From the NCBI GenBank assembly GCA_964270895.1, contig OZ185436.1: a stretch of DNA of 64,000 bases, one strand, 5' to 3'. This document shows positions 13,801 to 23,596 of this stretch, piece by piece. The position numbers and the translations under genes were made by a program. This DNA comes from Podarcis filfolensis. Its lineage: Eukaryota. Each line of letters opens with the position of its first letter. Positions within the stretch are counted from its first letter, which is position 1. The notes under the pieces were generated by a model, which did no database searches, was not told the origin of the DNA, and worked only from the letters and a program-made list of their open reading frames with translations.

Positions 13801-16800
13801 TTCTGGGTCATGTGGTCAGCATGACTAATCCGCTTCTGGCGAACCAGAGTAGCGCACGGAAATGCCATTTACCTTCCCGCTGGAGTGGTACCTATTTATC
13901 TACTTGCACTTTTACATGTTTTCAAACTGCTAGGTGGGCAGGAGCTGGGACTGAACAACGGGAGCTCACCCCATCGCGGGGATTCGAACTGCTGACCTTC
14001 TGATCGGCAAGCCCTAGGCTCTGTGGTTTAGACCACAGCGCCACCTTGGCAGTGGTACTTGTCTCCAAAAAGTAGCTTCCTCAGCACTCACTGTGCCTCC
14101 TCCTTCCCTTCTCATTCTCAGGCGAGACTTCAGGCTGTTGGTGGGTCCTGGTCCTTCAGGTGTTTCACAACCCATATCTTGGCTTCCCTGCAAGGTTGAG
14201 AAAGTGGTAAGAGGATTTGGGATTGGGGGTTTCTCTAAGCTTCGTAACACAGCTGAGTGAATCAAACCCCCACCCCTACGCACACAAGCAGTTCTTCAAA
14301 AATAAATTATTTCCTTCAAAGAAGGGTTCTGTTGCCGACACATTGAATTAGCCCATTTATTTGCAAAGTTCTTTTTTAAAAATTACACAGATAGTGAGTG
14401 TACTCAGTTAGGATAGTGGTGTGGTGTGGGTGTGGTGTGGTGTGGTGTGGTGTGTGTGACATGTACCGGCTGGTTACCATTTGTGATGGGCTGCACAGGA
14501 AAGTCCATTGCTGTTGCTTCCACCTTAAAGGAGCAGAAGCTCATATGTAACAATAAGGCCCACTCTGGAACCTGCTGGGTTCCTTCAGAAGAAAGGGGTA
14601 TACATTGAATGAATAAGTAATCCAAGAGTCAAACAACCAAATAAAATGGGATTCTTTTGTTATATAAGTTACCAAAAACATCCATAGGATGGTTTCATTT
14701 CAAAGCGCAGCAGAGTGTATTTCCATGTATTTCCATCTAATGTTGCCCCAGGAGATGTGAGCTAAAGAGCATTATCTTTATGCTGTAGTTCTAAAATGAC
14801 CCATGCTAGAAAGTAAGACTCACTAATATATTGGGACTCATGAGTCTATAGCGGGGTGGTGAACCTCTTTCACAATGAGGGCTGCATTTCCTTCTGGGCA
14901 AGCTTGTGGAGGCTGCATGCCAGTGATGGGCAGTGTCAAAGGCAAAAGTGAACAGAGCAATCAATGTGAATTCCACAATTGTGCAGTAGCCTAGTTTCTT
15001 CACAGACACACTTTTTTGTCTATCCTCCATCCAGGCAAGCAAGAAGTATTATCAGAGTCCAAGGACACATTCCAGCCAGGGGGAAACAGTCTAGGAGGGA
15101 GGAAAGCACAGCTGGTGAGGGTTGTGCTTTGGAAGTGTGGGTGTCCTGGAGATTATCCCAAGGGCCAGATAGAGAGGGCTGGAGGGCTGCCCTTGGCCCC
15201 TGGGCCTGAGGTTCCCCATCTGTGATGTATGGAATGGTTTATGATCACCTGGAAAGAAGTAGGATGTAACCCCAACCCATCCTGCCCCACTTTGAGCACA
15301 GTCGCCATAGCTGTTCCACTCTACCCTGTCCTTGGGAGACTCAAACCAGGAACACGCTTCTCCAGATTCACACTAGTGAACATTTTAGAATTTCATAAGC
15401 TCAGGGTTTACAAGAGCGCCTGTTACCTGTTCATTTCTCAGTGGCTTCTGTCTGATCCCATTGCAGAAAACGGGTGTTTATAAGGCAGAAGAGGAAAAGC
15501 CACAATCAGGATGGAAGGCTTTCTTTATTGAGGTAAATATTCACTCCAGTCTAGTATTTGACTCCCCCACCCCCAGGAGAGAAAACTCTGAGTGCCTTGA
15601 GTACCAGGACTGATGGAGATTCACCCAAATCAGTCTCCCTGGAAATAACAGGCACTTTTAGGAGGGTCATGTATTGGCATTAGCACTGAGATGCTAAGCC
15701 AGAAGAAATCAAGATAGGTTGTTAGACTACGTTTCTCAGATCACACAATTGCTCTGGAGTGTCTACCCTATTCCAGTGTCAAATCTTCATCAACACCTAA
15801 AAATAAAGGCTAGAAGGTTTAAGTTTTCCATAAAACGTGTTTTGGGCAAATTATGGCTTGAATAAAGCACTCCTAAATCAGAGTGGTTGACAGGTAGGAA
15901 CTATGAGCTGGAAATTGCTGTTCCATGTTGCAGTCCAGGCATTAATTCATTGGCTGCTGTAATCACGCCATGATATTTCTTAGGGCTCTGTGAAGCAACC
16001 CAAGCTGCTTCACTTCTGACTGTCCCCTATTCAGTTTGAATTGCTACAGGAAGGAGGTGGTGTTGCACCCCAATTCCAAAGCTGCAGCTTCAGACCTCCC
16101 ATTGACTTGCATTGGGAAAGCAAGATATTCACAAATTTTGGAATAGTTACATAGGTGCATAACACCTGCTGACATAGATGGCCCACCTCTCCAAAAATAG
16201 GATGAACCCTGCCAAATTTGAGACACATAGATCGTGTGACTTTTCTAATAATAATAATAATAATCCAGAACAGTCATAACTTATTTGAAAAAGATTTTGA
16301 AAACCTATCTCAGAAAACACTATGGCCAGGGGACAACACACAATATGTGTATATGCTTGTGTGCATAGATATATGTATATATAATGTTGGATTGGGAAGG
16401 ATGGAAAAGAATAGAAAACAAACACGTAGTTTGATTATGAAGGATCTATGACTCATTGAGAGATGATACAAATGTAAATAAAGTTCAAAACACCATAGCC
16501 ACATTTGGGAGAGGAAGGAAGTAAAACTGCATTAGTGGCTATTATAACTGGAGACTAAAAGTGACAACAAGCTCTATGTGTGTGTAGATAGAGAAGGGTG
16601 AAAAAAGCAAATAGGTAGAAATGTTGGGTTAAGAGACAAGCTGAATCAAAATACCACAGCAAACTCCTTGTGCCATTCATAGTACTAGCCAAAGTGTGAG
16701 GGGAAAGGCACTGGGACAAAGATACTAGGATTGTGGGGATGTAGGATAATATTCTACGTCTGGGTTTGAGGCTACGGGGAGCAAACACCAGTTCTACTAC

Positions 16801-17640
16801 TCCCATGACTCCATCATCGTGTTTCCCTTATTTGAGGACGTTTACATTTTTCCAGTCATTTTGGAGACAGGTTACTTGGCTTAGATCACCTTTGCTTTGT
16901 AACTGAATGTCTCCAGAGCAGGGGGATCTTCTGCTCAGATCGCTTTGGGGGCAGAGCTGAGCCTTGGAGGGACCCTACTTTGATACCACCTCATCTTGGG
17001 ATTTGGATGAAGTGGTTGCACAACCCTAGCTGTTAAAACAATTTTGGGGGATATTGCATCATGTGAACTACTTCCTTCTGTTTAATGAGGGAATATTGGC
17101 TTTGTAACCAATAATCTAAAAGACTCAAGTCAAAAACTGGTAGTACCCAAATTACCAAACACTGGGTGAGTGGCTGGGGAAACCCAGCCAGATGGGCAGG
17201 GAATTAATAATAATAATAATAATAATATTAATTTATTAGCTTTCCTTTCAGTCTAGCTCACTCACTGTGTCCTTCCAAAAACAATAAAGCAACTATGCCT
17301 GAAAGCTCTACTTTCATGTACTAATTGAAATCCAGTGACAGAAAGCTGTTGTGCTGAATAGGCAGGAAGTATTCTTCCATAAGCTACAATATGCTGTAAG
17401 GCACAATTATTTTTTAGCTATATTTTTTAGCTATCCCTGTGCTTTGCACTCCCAATGTAGGCTCCGTTCTATTAGATTTGCAAGGCGAGCTATTGAGCAG
17501 AACTGCAATTTCTTTTCCAGGCCACCTTCCCAGGACCTGGGACCATTGATTTTGTGTTAAGTTCTGAGGTTCACATCATTCCAGACACTTTTCCATGTCC
17601 AGCCTGCCACGGAAAGGAATGCAAGGGGAAGGTGGTATGA
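3503..17640 (+). CDS. Autocrine proliferation repressor A (AprA)-like / PqaA-family (PhoPQ_related) secreted alpha/beta-hydrolase, 13 coding exons, 490 aa
   Basis: Exons 3503-3692, 4674-4848, 5415-5463, 6693-6815, 7894-7992, 8120-8209, 8648-8777, 9595-9715, 11340-11475, 12800-12888, 14122-14206, 15467-15532, 17521-17640. All introns are GT..AG with compatible phases; total 1473 nt = 490 aa + TGA. Family motifs in order: ALDDYV..DP.Y, LNMTS..W, W.HEL, LRQIPNQPI, QFPMVK, GGSKRGWTSW, HH.YRAYCGWTFA, DP..Y.ER, GDEFF, PNNDH, RRDFRL, GW.AFFIE, FPGP, EV.IIPDTFP, C-terminal C..C.G..C. Hydrophobic N-terminus MYAAVSLLLLTTCLPSG. Family assignment is from recalled motifs. Confidence 0.9.
4674..4848 (+). 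CDS. AprA/PqaA-like exon 2 (ESEVDATVWWHELTIVVP...AKSAG)
   Basis: ttcag acceptor; GTAAGT donor at 4849. Confidence 0.9.
5415..5463 (+). CDS. AprA/PqaA-like exon 3 (CTAILRQIPNQPITYH)
   Basis: tctctgaag acceptor; GTAAGT donor; not in ORF track. Confidence 0.88.
6693..6815 (+). CDS. AprA/PqaA-like exon 4 (KIPMQECK...QFPMVK)
   Basis: ttctag acceptor; GTAACT donor. Confidence 0.88.
7894..7992 (+). CDS. AprA/PqaA-like exon 5 (ATVRAMD...LTGGSK; putative nucleophile Ser codon 7987-7989)
   Basis: cttcag acceptor; GTAGGT donor. Confidence 0.9.
8120..8209 (+). CDS. AprA/PqaA-like exon 6 (RGWTSWLAAAVDERV...NIIK)
   Basis: ttggcag acceptor; GTGAGA donor. Confidence 0.9.
8325..8577. mobile_element. Tc1/mariner (pogo/Tigger-like) MITE with internal hairpin
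   Basis: TA|CCGTATTTTTTGCTCTATAAGAC...GTCTTAAAGGGCGAAAAATATGG|CA (degenerate TIRs, TA target site); internal 30-bp inverted repeat. Confidence 0.75.
8648..8777 (+). CDS. AprA/PqaA-like exon 7 (SWHHQYRAYCGWTFA...HVDPL)
   Basis: cttcag acceptor; GTGAGC donor. Confidence 0.9.
9595..9715 (+). CDS. AprA/PqaA-like exon 8 (YNERYINKPK...GDEFF...KYF; putative acid Asp codon 9648-9650)
   Basis: ccccag acceptor; GTGAGT donor. Confidence 0.9.
10675..10806 (+). repeat. LINE (L2-like) 3' end with (ATT)n tail
   Basis: gccgcccagagtggctggggaaacccagccagatgggc followed by about 75 nt of (ATT)n; the same 3' end recurs at 17168-17230 with an (AAT)n tail. Confidence 0.6.
11340..11475 (+). CDS. AprA/PqaA-like exon 9 (ATPNNDH...WKRTE; putative catalytic His codon 11359-11361)
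   Basis: ctgcag acceptor; GTGAGG donor. Confidence 0.9.
11860..11909. repeat. 24-bp perfect tandem duplication (period 26)
   Basis: gaaaggttcttaatttcaatgaaa x2. Confidence 0.85.
11954..12210. mobile_element. Non-autonomous hAT MITE (same family as 1553-1732)
   Basis: Same TIRs; perfect 8-bp TSD CATGTTTC (11946-53, 12211-18). Confidence 0.9.
12285..12460 (+). mobile_element. Squam3-like (Ther1/MIR-derived) SINE, decayed
   Basis: tgctttgcatg...gaaggtc...gtgtagacaa.actgag.tagatggacc...ctgactc.gtataaggcagct; related copies at 22040-22125(+), 53768-53895(+), 44410-44560(-), 57622-57750(-). Confidence 0.65.
12800..12888 (+). CDS. AprA/PqaA-like exon 10 (TKATGIIELYTD...GSER)
   Basis: ttttctag acceptor; GTAGGA donor. 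Confidence 0.85.
13694..14044 (-). mobile_element. Sauria SINE (near full length)
   Basis: Minus strand 5' ggtggcgctgtggtctaaacc...ggttcgaatcccc-like tRNA head (box B cagttcgaatccc) and (ACCTTT)n tail; 13-bp TSD CTTGGCAGTGGTA (13681-93, 14045-57). Confidence 0.9.
14122..14206 (+). CDS. AprA/PqaA-like exon 11 (RDFRLLVG...KVEKV)
   Basis: ttctcag acceptor; GTAAGA donor. Confidence 0.88.
14417..14458. repeat. (GTGTG)n microsatellite
   Basis: gtggtgtggtgtgggtgtggtgtggtgtggtgtggtgtgtgtg. Confidence 0.85.
14850..15222. mobile_element. Old hAT-type non-autonomous element
   Basis: Degenerate termini ggggtggtgaacct / aggttccccatc with gggccagat/ggccc subterminal motifs. Confidence 0.4.
15467..15532 (+). 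CDS. AprA/PqaA-like exon 12 (KTGVYKAEEEKPQSGWKAFFIE)
   Basis: ttgcag acceptor; GTAAAT donor. Confidence 0.88.
17521..17640 (+). CDS. AprA/PqaA-like exon 13, terminal (ATFPGP...PDTFPCPACHGKECKGKVV*)
   Basis: ttttccag acceptor; TGA at 17638-17640. Confidence 0.9.
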   Translation, partial: ATFPGPGTIDFVLSSEVHIIPDTFPCPACHGKECKGKVV

Positions 17641-18284
17641 CACTCACCAAGGATGCTACAGCTCCTGCTGCTGAAGACATCCATGAGTGTAAACACGAGA
17701 GGTGCTCAGAAAACCATGCAGAGGAGTCAGGGTGTGTTGGGCAGAGAAATAATACTGCATAGAGAATGCACAGGTTCAACTTCAACTAACATGAAATGGG
17801 AGAGGGGTGTGGGGTCGTGGGGTAGGTAGGTGAAGATGTCAGTCAGGAACAGGAGCCCTAAAGGAGGGTTGTGGAAAATGGGTCTGGTGGGTGGATGAAG
17901 CATATTGGGCCTGAGACAGAGGGAGGGCCTGGTTATATAAAATTATGAACGATGAATGCAGCAAAGGAAAGTGCCTTTGTATTCCTCAGATCTCAGGATC
18001 AAAAGAAAGAGAAGCACTATGCTCTATAAGTCTTCACTGAAACTCTGTACAAGTACTTGAGCATTTGATGCACAATTCCTTAACCCGGATTTAAAATAGT
18101 TTAGCCTCGTAGACTTTGATGGGATTAAATAGCCTCTAATCCAAGTAATTGATTGTAGCTGGATTGTAAATCATGTAAAATGACTGAGTTCAAATTGCAC
18201 GTGAGTCACAGACGGAAGTGGGTGTCTTCTTTGGCTAGCTATTATCTCTTCGTTTTCAAGTCCCTTCTGCAAAATGGGGGTAAC

Positions 18285-18383
18285 AATAAAGTGACTATAT
18301 TTTGTGTGGCAGAAGTGAGCCCACCTGCTGTGGCTTTCATGGCCTGATGATTTCTAGCTGCTCTCTCCCTGTTAACAAATAAA
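18285..18383 (+). terminator. Candidate polyadenylation signals of the AprA-like gene
   Basis: AATAAA at 18285-18290 and 18378-18383, the latter followed by GT/T-rich sequence; which is used is unknown. Confidence 0.4.
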
Positions 18384-18924
18384 GGTTGTTTCTGGCATTC
18401 TTACCATCTTGCACTGGGTGAGATTTTCTTGTTTTGAAGTGAACCGCCACTTGCTCCACTATCCTCCTATAGCTACTGTATGGGGAATGGGTGTCTGTTC
18501 TTAGGGTGTGTAGCAGGTTGGGTCATAAGCCTATCATAACAAAAGGAGTAATACCTACCATAGTACTATCAGTGTTGTGAATATATGTCATTCAGTTGAA
18601 CATATTAGGTTTGTTAGTAAAGTGGATCTACAGACTGTCCTTCATACAGGCAGTTGTAGTGACTGAAGTACAAACCACCAGGGAGCTCTCTTGTAAAAGC
18701 CCATGAAAATGAAATAGGAGCACCACTGCCCTCTGCTGCTGCTCTTAATCATGGCAAAGGCATTTATGCAGGTCAGCTGCCCAGTGTGTTTGTGCTAAAC
18801 AGAATTCCAAGCAAAGAGACTGAAAGCTCATTTTGACTACATAATCTTAGAAGATGGTGTGGCTGTGAGAGCGCATGGCTGTGACTATCATGGAAGGACC
18901 CTGCACTTCTGAATTTGGCACTAA

Positions 18925-19143
18925 GCTAGTGCCGCTACTCAAACTGCATGGGATGAGGTTCCAAAGGGGCAGCAGATGCGGGAGCATGTAAATTCCATGC
19001 TGGAATTCGTGGAGCAGTTGAGAACAGGGGAGGAATTGAAAGACAATAATTCTCCAGCCCTATTGCCGCACAGCCTTGCAGAATCATACAGGGCCCTGAG
19101 TGGTGCTACACAACGGAAGGAAATTGGTGTCATGACCCCTGAA
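18925..19143 (+). mobile_element. Ty1/copia gag remnant, copy 2 (duplicated with the gene)
   Basis: MREHVNSMLEFVEQLRTGEELKDNNSPALLPHSLAESYRAL; 55/60 nt identical to copy 1 over 1321-1380 versus 18954-19013. Confidence 0.6.
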
Positions 19144-19599
19144 ACCCTCCAACACCGCAAGGGCTTATAAGGAGTTCTCTACAAGTGGGTGGAGCTGGGA
19201 AAAACAAGTCATTCGCTTAGTGCTATCCATGAGCCAGCTTCCAGGCTTGCTTTCCCTGTAGAATTCAGCATCAGACCTGAGCAGGACAGGACTTTCTCCG
19301 TCTCTCATAACTCTAGAACTCGTGGATGTTCAATGAAGCTGACTGTTAGAAGATTCAGGACAGATAACACCTTTCTGACTGCTATTCTTGCTGCAGCTAT
19401 CTCCTGCTAGGACTCATGGAAAACCTATCAGACAGACAGCAAAATTTATCATCTATGCCTGGTTGACAATTTTATACCATTTTGTCTGTTTGCATGCACA
19501 CACATGCAAGCAGCAGGTTTCAACAGTTCATAATGCCTTGCATTCAGATTATACACACCGTACCCATGCAAGACAATACACCTCTCTTACTAACTCAGT

Positions 19600-20330
19600 T
19601 TATCTGGGAGTTGTTGGCATCCATCTGTTTCGAAAGACAATGGGGTGCTCCTTCAGGGGCGAAGTCAAACTGCTGCACCAACAGGACCGATTTGATCTTC
19701 TCGGGGCACAAGCCTGGGCAGTGTGTATGGAGGTCCTGGGCTGCCCAGATGACAAGACTCTCAGCCTTGTTGATGTAAGTTCAAAGGAAAGCAGAGTGAT
19801 ACATTTGGCAGCAGCTTGGATGTAGGAGTTGCTGGAAAGAGGCAAACAAGGCACCATACAACTGTCTTAGGGACTCCACTCTGGATTTATGTAGGGTTTA
19901 CTCCTTACCCTTTTCTTTTCCCAAAGATGTTCTGCAAGGCAGTGGAGGTTTAGGGTCAGACTGTTCCTTCTCCTAGGTGGGCTACCTTCCCAGGTTGATG
20001 AGCCCCATCTGCCCCTCACTTCCGCCTATAGCACTTGCAGAAACTGCCTTCTTCACCATTGGACCCCCTGTTGGTCTCATCCACTCAATCCACCACAGCC
20101 TGTCTTCGCCTGCCAGGGAAATCCCTAACTCACTGAGGGTTTGAGACCAATCTGATACCCTCATCTGGTTTAGCTGGACTGTCTGAGCCGTTCCCAGGAT
20201 GTTGTTGCTGTTGCATGCTGATAGTTTCTAAGAGCCACAGGGGTCCAAAGGTGGACAAACTACCCCAGAAGGAACATGACCCCACCAGAGGCACCACCTT
20301 CTGAGTTGGCAATGGTTAAGACTACAGTAC
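19600..20330. mobile_element. Probable non-LTR (RTE-like) fragments inserted only in the duplicate copy
   Basis: Interrupts the alignment with 3065/3075 of the intact copy; family assignment from recalled motifs only. Confidence 0.35.
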
Positions 20331-23300
20331 TTTCAAAACAGTTCCTCCTGTTTGCATTATCTGGCTAGCTGCTTTTCCTAGTGCCCCTGTACCTGACTAG
20401 CTCTGCTCCTCCCAATCATCTTTTGCCTAGCAAGATGTTCCCCTCCTCTCTTTCCCCTCAGGTGGAGACCAAACCCATTACAAAAGGGCATTTGCTTCTG
20501 CATTGCTTCAGGCAGTGGCAGGAATGCAAAAGGGAAGGGACAGGGTGATGTTTGCCAGCATGTGCCACCTTTTTCTCCCTCCACTTCAGTCTAGGCCTGA
20601 ACCCATCCTTTAGGTATAGCAGAGCACGTGTCGGCTTCAATTTGACCATGTGCTGGGAGGATGCTTTGGCCACTGAAGAACAACTGGCACATTTCCATCT
20701 GCATAAGGGCTGCCCAGACCATGTGGTTCAGTGCCTTCCATGCTCAGTGACCTTTATAAGTACAGGTATTTGTGCTGATACTCTTTTTCAAGAAGCATGA
20801 ATTACTTTCATATCCTTTGCAGAACTGATACTAATGACTTAAGTACTTTTACTTTACTTTGTCTCTGAAGTTGTGTAGCTCTTTTGAGGCAAATCCCAAA
20901 CTAGTCAATCACCTACCATGTGAATACCCTTGAATCTTTTCCATGTCTGGATCTTGACAAATTCTCTTCTTCTAATACACTCTGATGAGGAAAGTGTTTA
21001 CTTTCTCATGTCAAAATCTAGTGGTAATCTGGAGTTTGTTTGAAAACCATGCTTTATAACAACATCTAAATTTCATAGTCTGTGAAGAAGTGGACATTGC
21101 TTTCACAAAAGTGGTTTAATACTAGAATTAAAATACAGAAGCCAAATCATGAAGTTACCTTAGAGAGAAACTGGGAGTTGCCGTAAGCTGTTCCCCATCT
21201 TCTTACATTTGGAGCCCCAGGCTCTCACCTGTTCCCTGTTCAAACAATCCCAGCATGCACCTTATCAGGATGTCTGTTCCTGCGCTCTCTTAAATGTTGT
21301 GTTGCTTGTGCCTCTCTGGTGACTCATCAAATTGTAATTGTTGGTTCTGAGAGCAATGAGTTCAAAGATGTGTGTAGATCAAAAAAGTGCAGAGCTTTTT
21401 AATATATGTGGAATTTTTAAACATTCATATTCAAAAGCTCTGATTTATACACATCTTTGAGCTAAATTGCTCTCAGCGCTGATGATTACAATTTGTTATT
21501 TGAGAACTCTGTGCTTTGGAAACTCCCTAGGCAGAAAATATGCCCTACTTTTATTACAAAGCTGTGCCTTTTCAAGCTTAATTATTTAAATATCCTTCAA
21601 ATGCATTATTTTCCTTTGCTTTAATGCTATGCACAGAGAACAATGTGCTAGCATATGCCCTCAAGCACTTGCCCTGTAAGACAACATTACTTGTTGCTCA
21701 TGCTTCTCGGTGCAGCCTTTTCCAGCCAGCGCACTTCAGAGCTCCTCCTTCCCAGAAAACCCTGTTCCCCAAACCTCTGTGGTGACATTGCACCCCTGTT
21801 TCTCTGGCAATCTCCCCCTCTCATTTCTGCTAAGTAACACACAGCTGGAGGAGGAACTCCACCTCTTTCCATGTCTGACTGAATATCTGACCTTTCATCA
21901 GGGTATTAATGATTCTGCCTTTGTTCTTTGAAGTCAAGTCAGCTTCCTGGGGGATTGGCTTAACAAACCCCACATATATAAATTTTAAAAATTATGGAGA
22001 ACCTGGCACTGGGAGTGATGTAGATTGGGGGAAAACTGTAGTTCACTGGTAGAGCATCAGCTTTGCATGCAGAAGCTCCTAAATTCAATCACCAGCATCT
22101 CCAGGGAGGTTGGAAATGCATGTGAAATACTTTCAAATCACCATTTAATTTCCAATCTAAGACATTTTCAGGCCTTCCATCAGATATCTAGACAATTTAG
22201 GGCAAAACCTGGTGCAATAAAAGGCAGCAAATATTTTTCTTGTTTACAGACTAGCTCAATCTAATGTCCTTTTGAGGGAGCGGTAATGAAAAATAACAGC
22301 TTCCTAAAAATAATATAGCATTAAGAGGCGCATAACTGCATAAAGTATTCTGCCATTAGGCACCACTACTGAAAAATGCAATCATTGTTGCTTGGCTATC
22401 TTCGTGCTGCCCATTTTTCACTCTTTGTAAGACTAATTGCAATTTCTTTTCCAGGTCACCTTCCTGGGACCCCTGGGCACAATAACTACATATTCACCCC
22501 AGAGGTACAGATCCTCCCAGACACATTTTTCTGTGCAGACTGCAACGGAGAGGAATGCCATAGGAAGCTGGTTTGAAACCAACAAGGGATACTGTGGCTC
22601 CTGCTGCTGAAATCATCCATGATGGAAGAATAAGAGGCACTGAGAAGACCATACACAGGACCAGGTTGGCAGAGAAAGAACCTTGTGTGGAGAGAGTGTA
22701 CAGGTCTCGCTGTTAGACAAACTAAATTGGTTTGGTGGTGGGGATATGATGTCACAAGCTGGAGAAGGATGCTAATCAGGAGCCCTGAAAGAGGACTAGA
22801 TAAGAGTAGAAGTGGAAATGGTAGTGGAGAGCAACTAGGGACTCATTCTACAGTATTTTCAGAAGCAACAGTGATGCCATGTATATTGGCCTAAAGCATG
22901 GCTTAGCTTGGAAGCAAACTCCCAGTGTTCTTAAGGGGGCACTGCAAAAGGAGGGGACAAGTTGTTAAGGCACCCTTAAAGACTTCTCTGGCTAAAATAA
23001 ATTATCTGGGACAGAGGGTTCATTGTTTCCTTTAATCTGCACCTCCCCCTGACCCCAAAGCATCCACCCTTCCTCCTTACTCCCCTAAAAGCTGAAATGG
23101 CAGCATTGGAAGATGCCCTCCCCACACTACAGTGCCAGAAGGCCCAAGCACCACTGCTCTTTCAGTCCTGATGTGGTACTGAGAGCATCCAGAAAGAGCC
23201 CTTCCTCCACTTACTGCTACCACTGCCATAAAAGGAAATGAGGAGAATCCTCTTTCCCGCCCATAGAGGCCAGGCAGGGACCACATATCCAAAGCAAGGG

Positions 23301-23596
23301 ACCACCCCTTGCTTTGGATATCAGAGAAAGGGGTGGAAGATCATGAGAAGCATGAGCACTGCTAACATATTCATCCCACCTATGACTTAATCAAACCAGC
23401 TTACCCACTACCACCACAGCTAGCACATTGATTCTTATTTACATTTTGTGGGCACTGAAAACCATTTTGCAAGGCTGCTATAAACTCACATTCCTTAAGA
23501 AAAAGCAGCCTAGAGTGTTAAGAGATTATTTAAGATAAGGTAATTTCTGGAGATAAGCATTCTTTTTTTCCCTACAAACCCAAATGTGATACCTTG

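Larger units (their letters stand above)
18498..22710 (+). pseudogene. Collapsed tandem duplicate (pseudogene relic) of the AprA/PqaA-like gene
   Basis: Colinear blocks: 880-1512 ~ 18498-19143; ~2900-3065 ~ 19430-19596; ~3075-3360 ~ 20475-20762; 5320-5465 ~ 20765-20921; exon 13 + 3'UTR 17505-17780 ~ 22439-22710. Exon-3 copy 20871-20919 has CAG>TAG at 20902-20904. Last-exon copy 22455-22576 is 122 nt versus 120 (frameshift). No copies of exons 1-2 or 4-12 recognised. Confidence 0.85.

Noticed and set aside
17596-17610. CPACH in the hydrolase C-terminus matches the c-type heme motif CxxCH
   Set aside because: The His is not kept in the paralogous exon (CADCN), and secretory-pathway proteins are not substrates of cytochrome c maturation; these Cys more likely form disulfides.
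3503-17640. Recent horizontal transfer of bacterial pqaA
   Set aside because: Twelve canonical spliceosomal introns, a signal peptide and vertebrate-like context indicate a long-resident eukaryotic gene.
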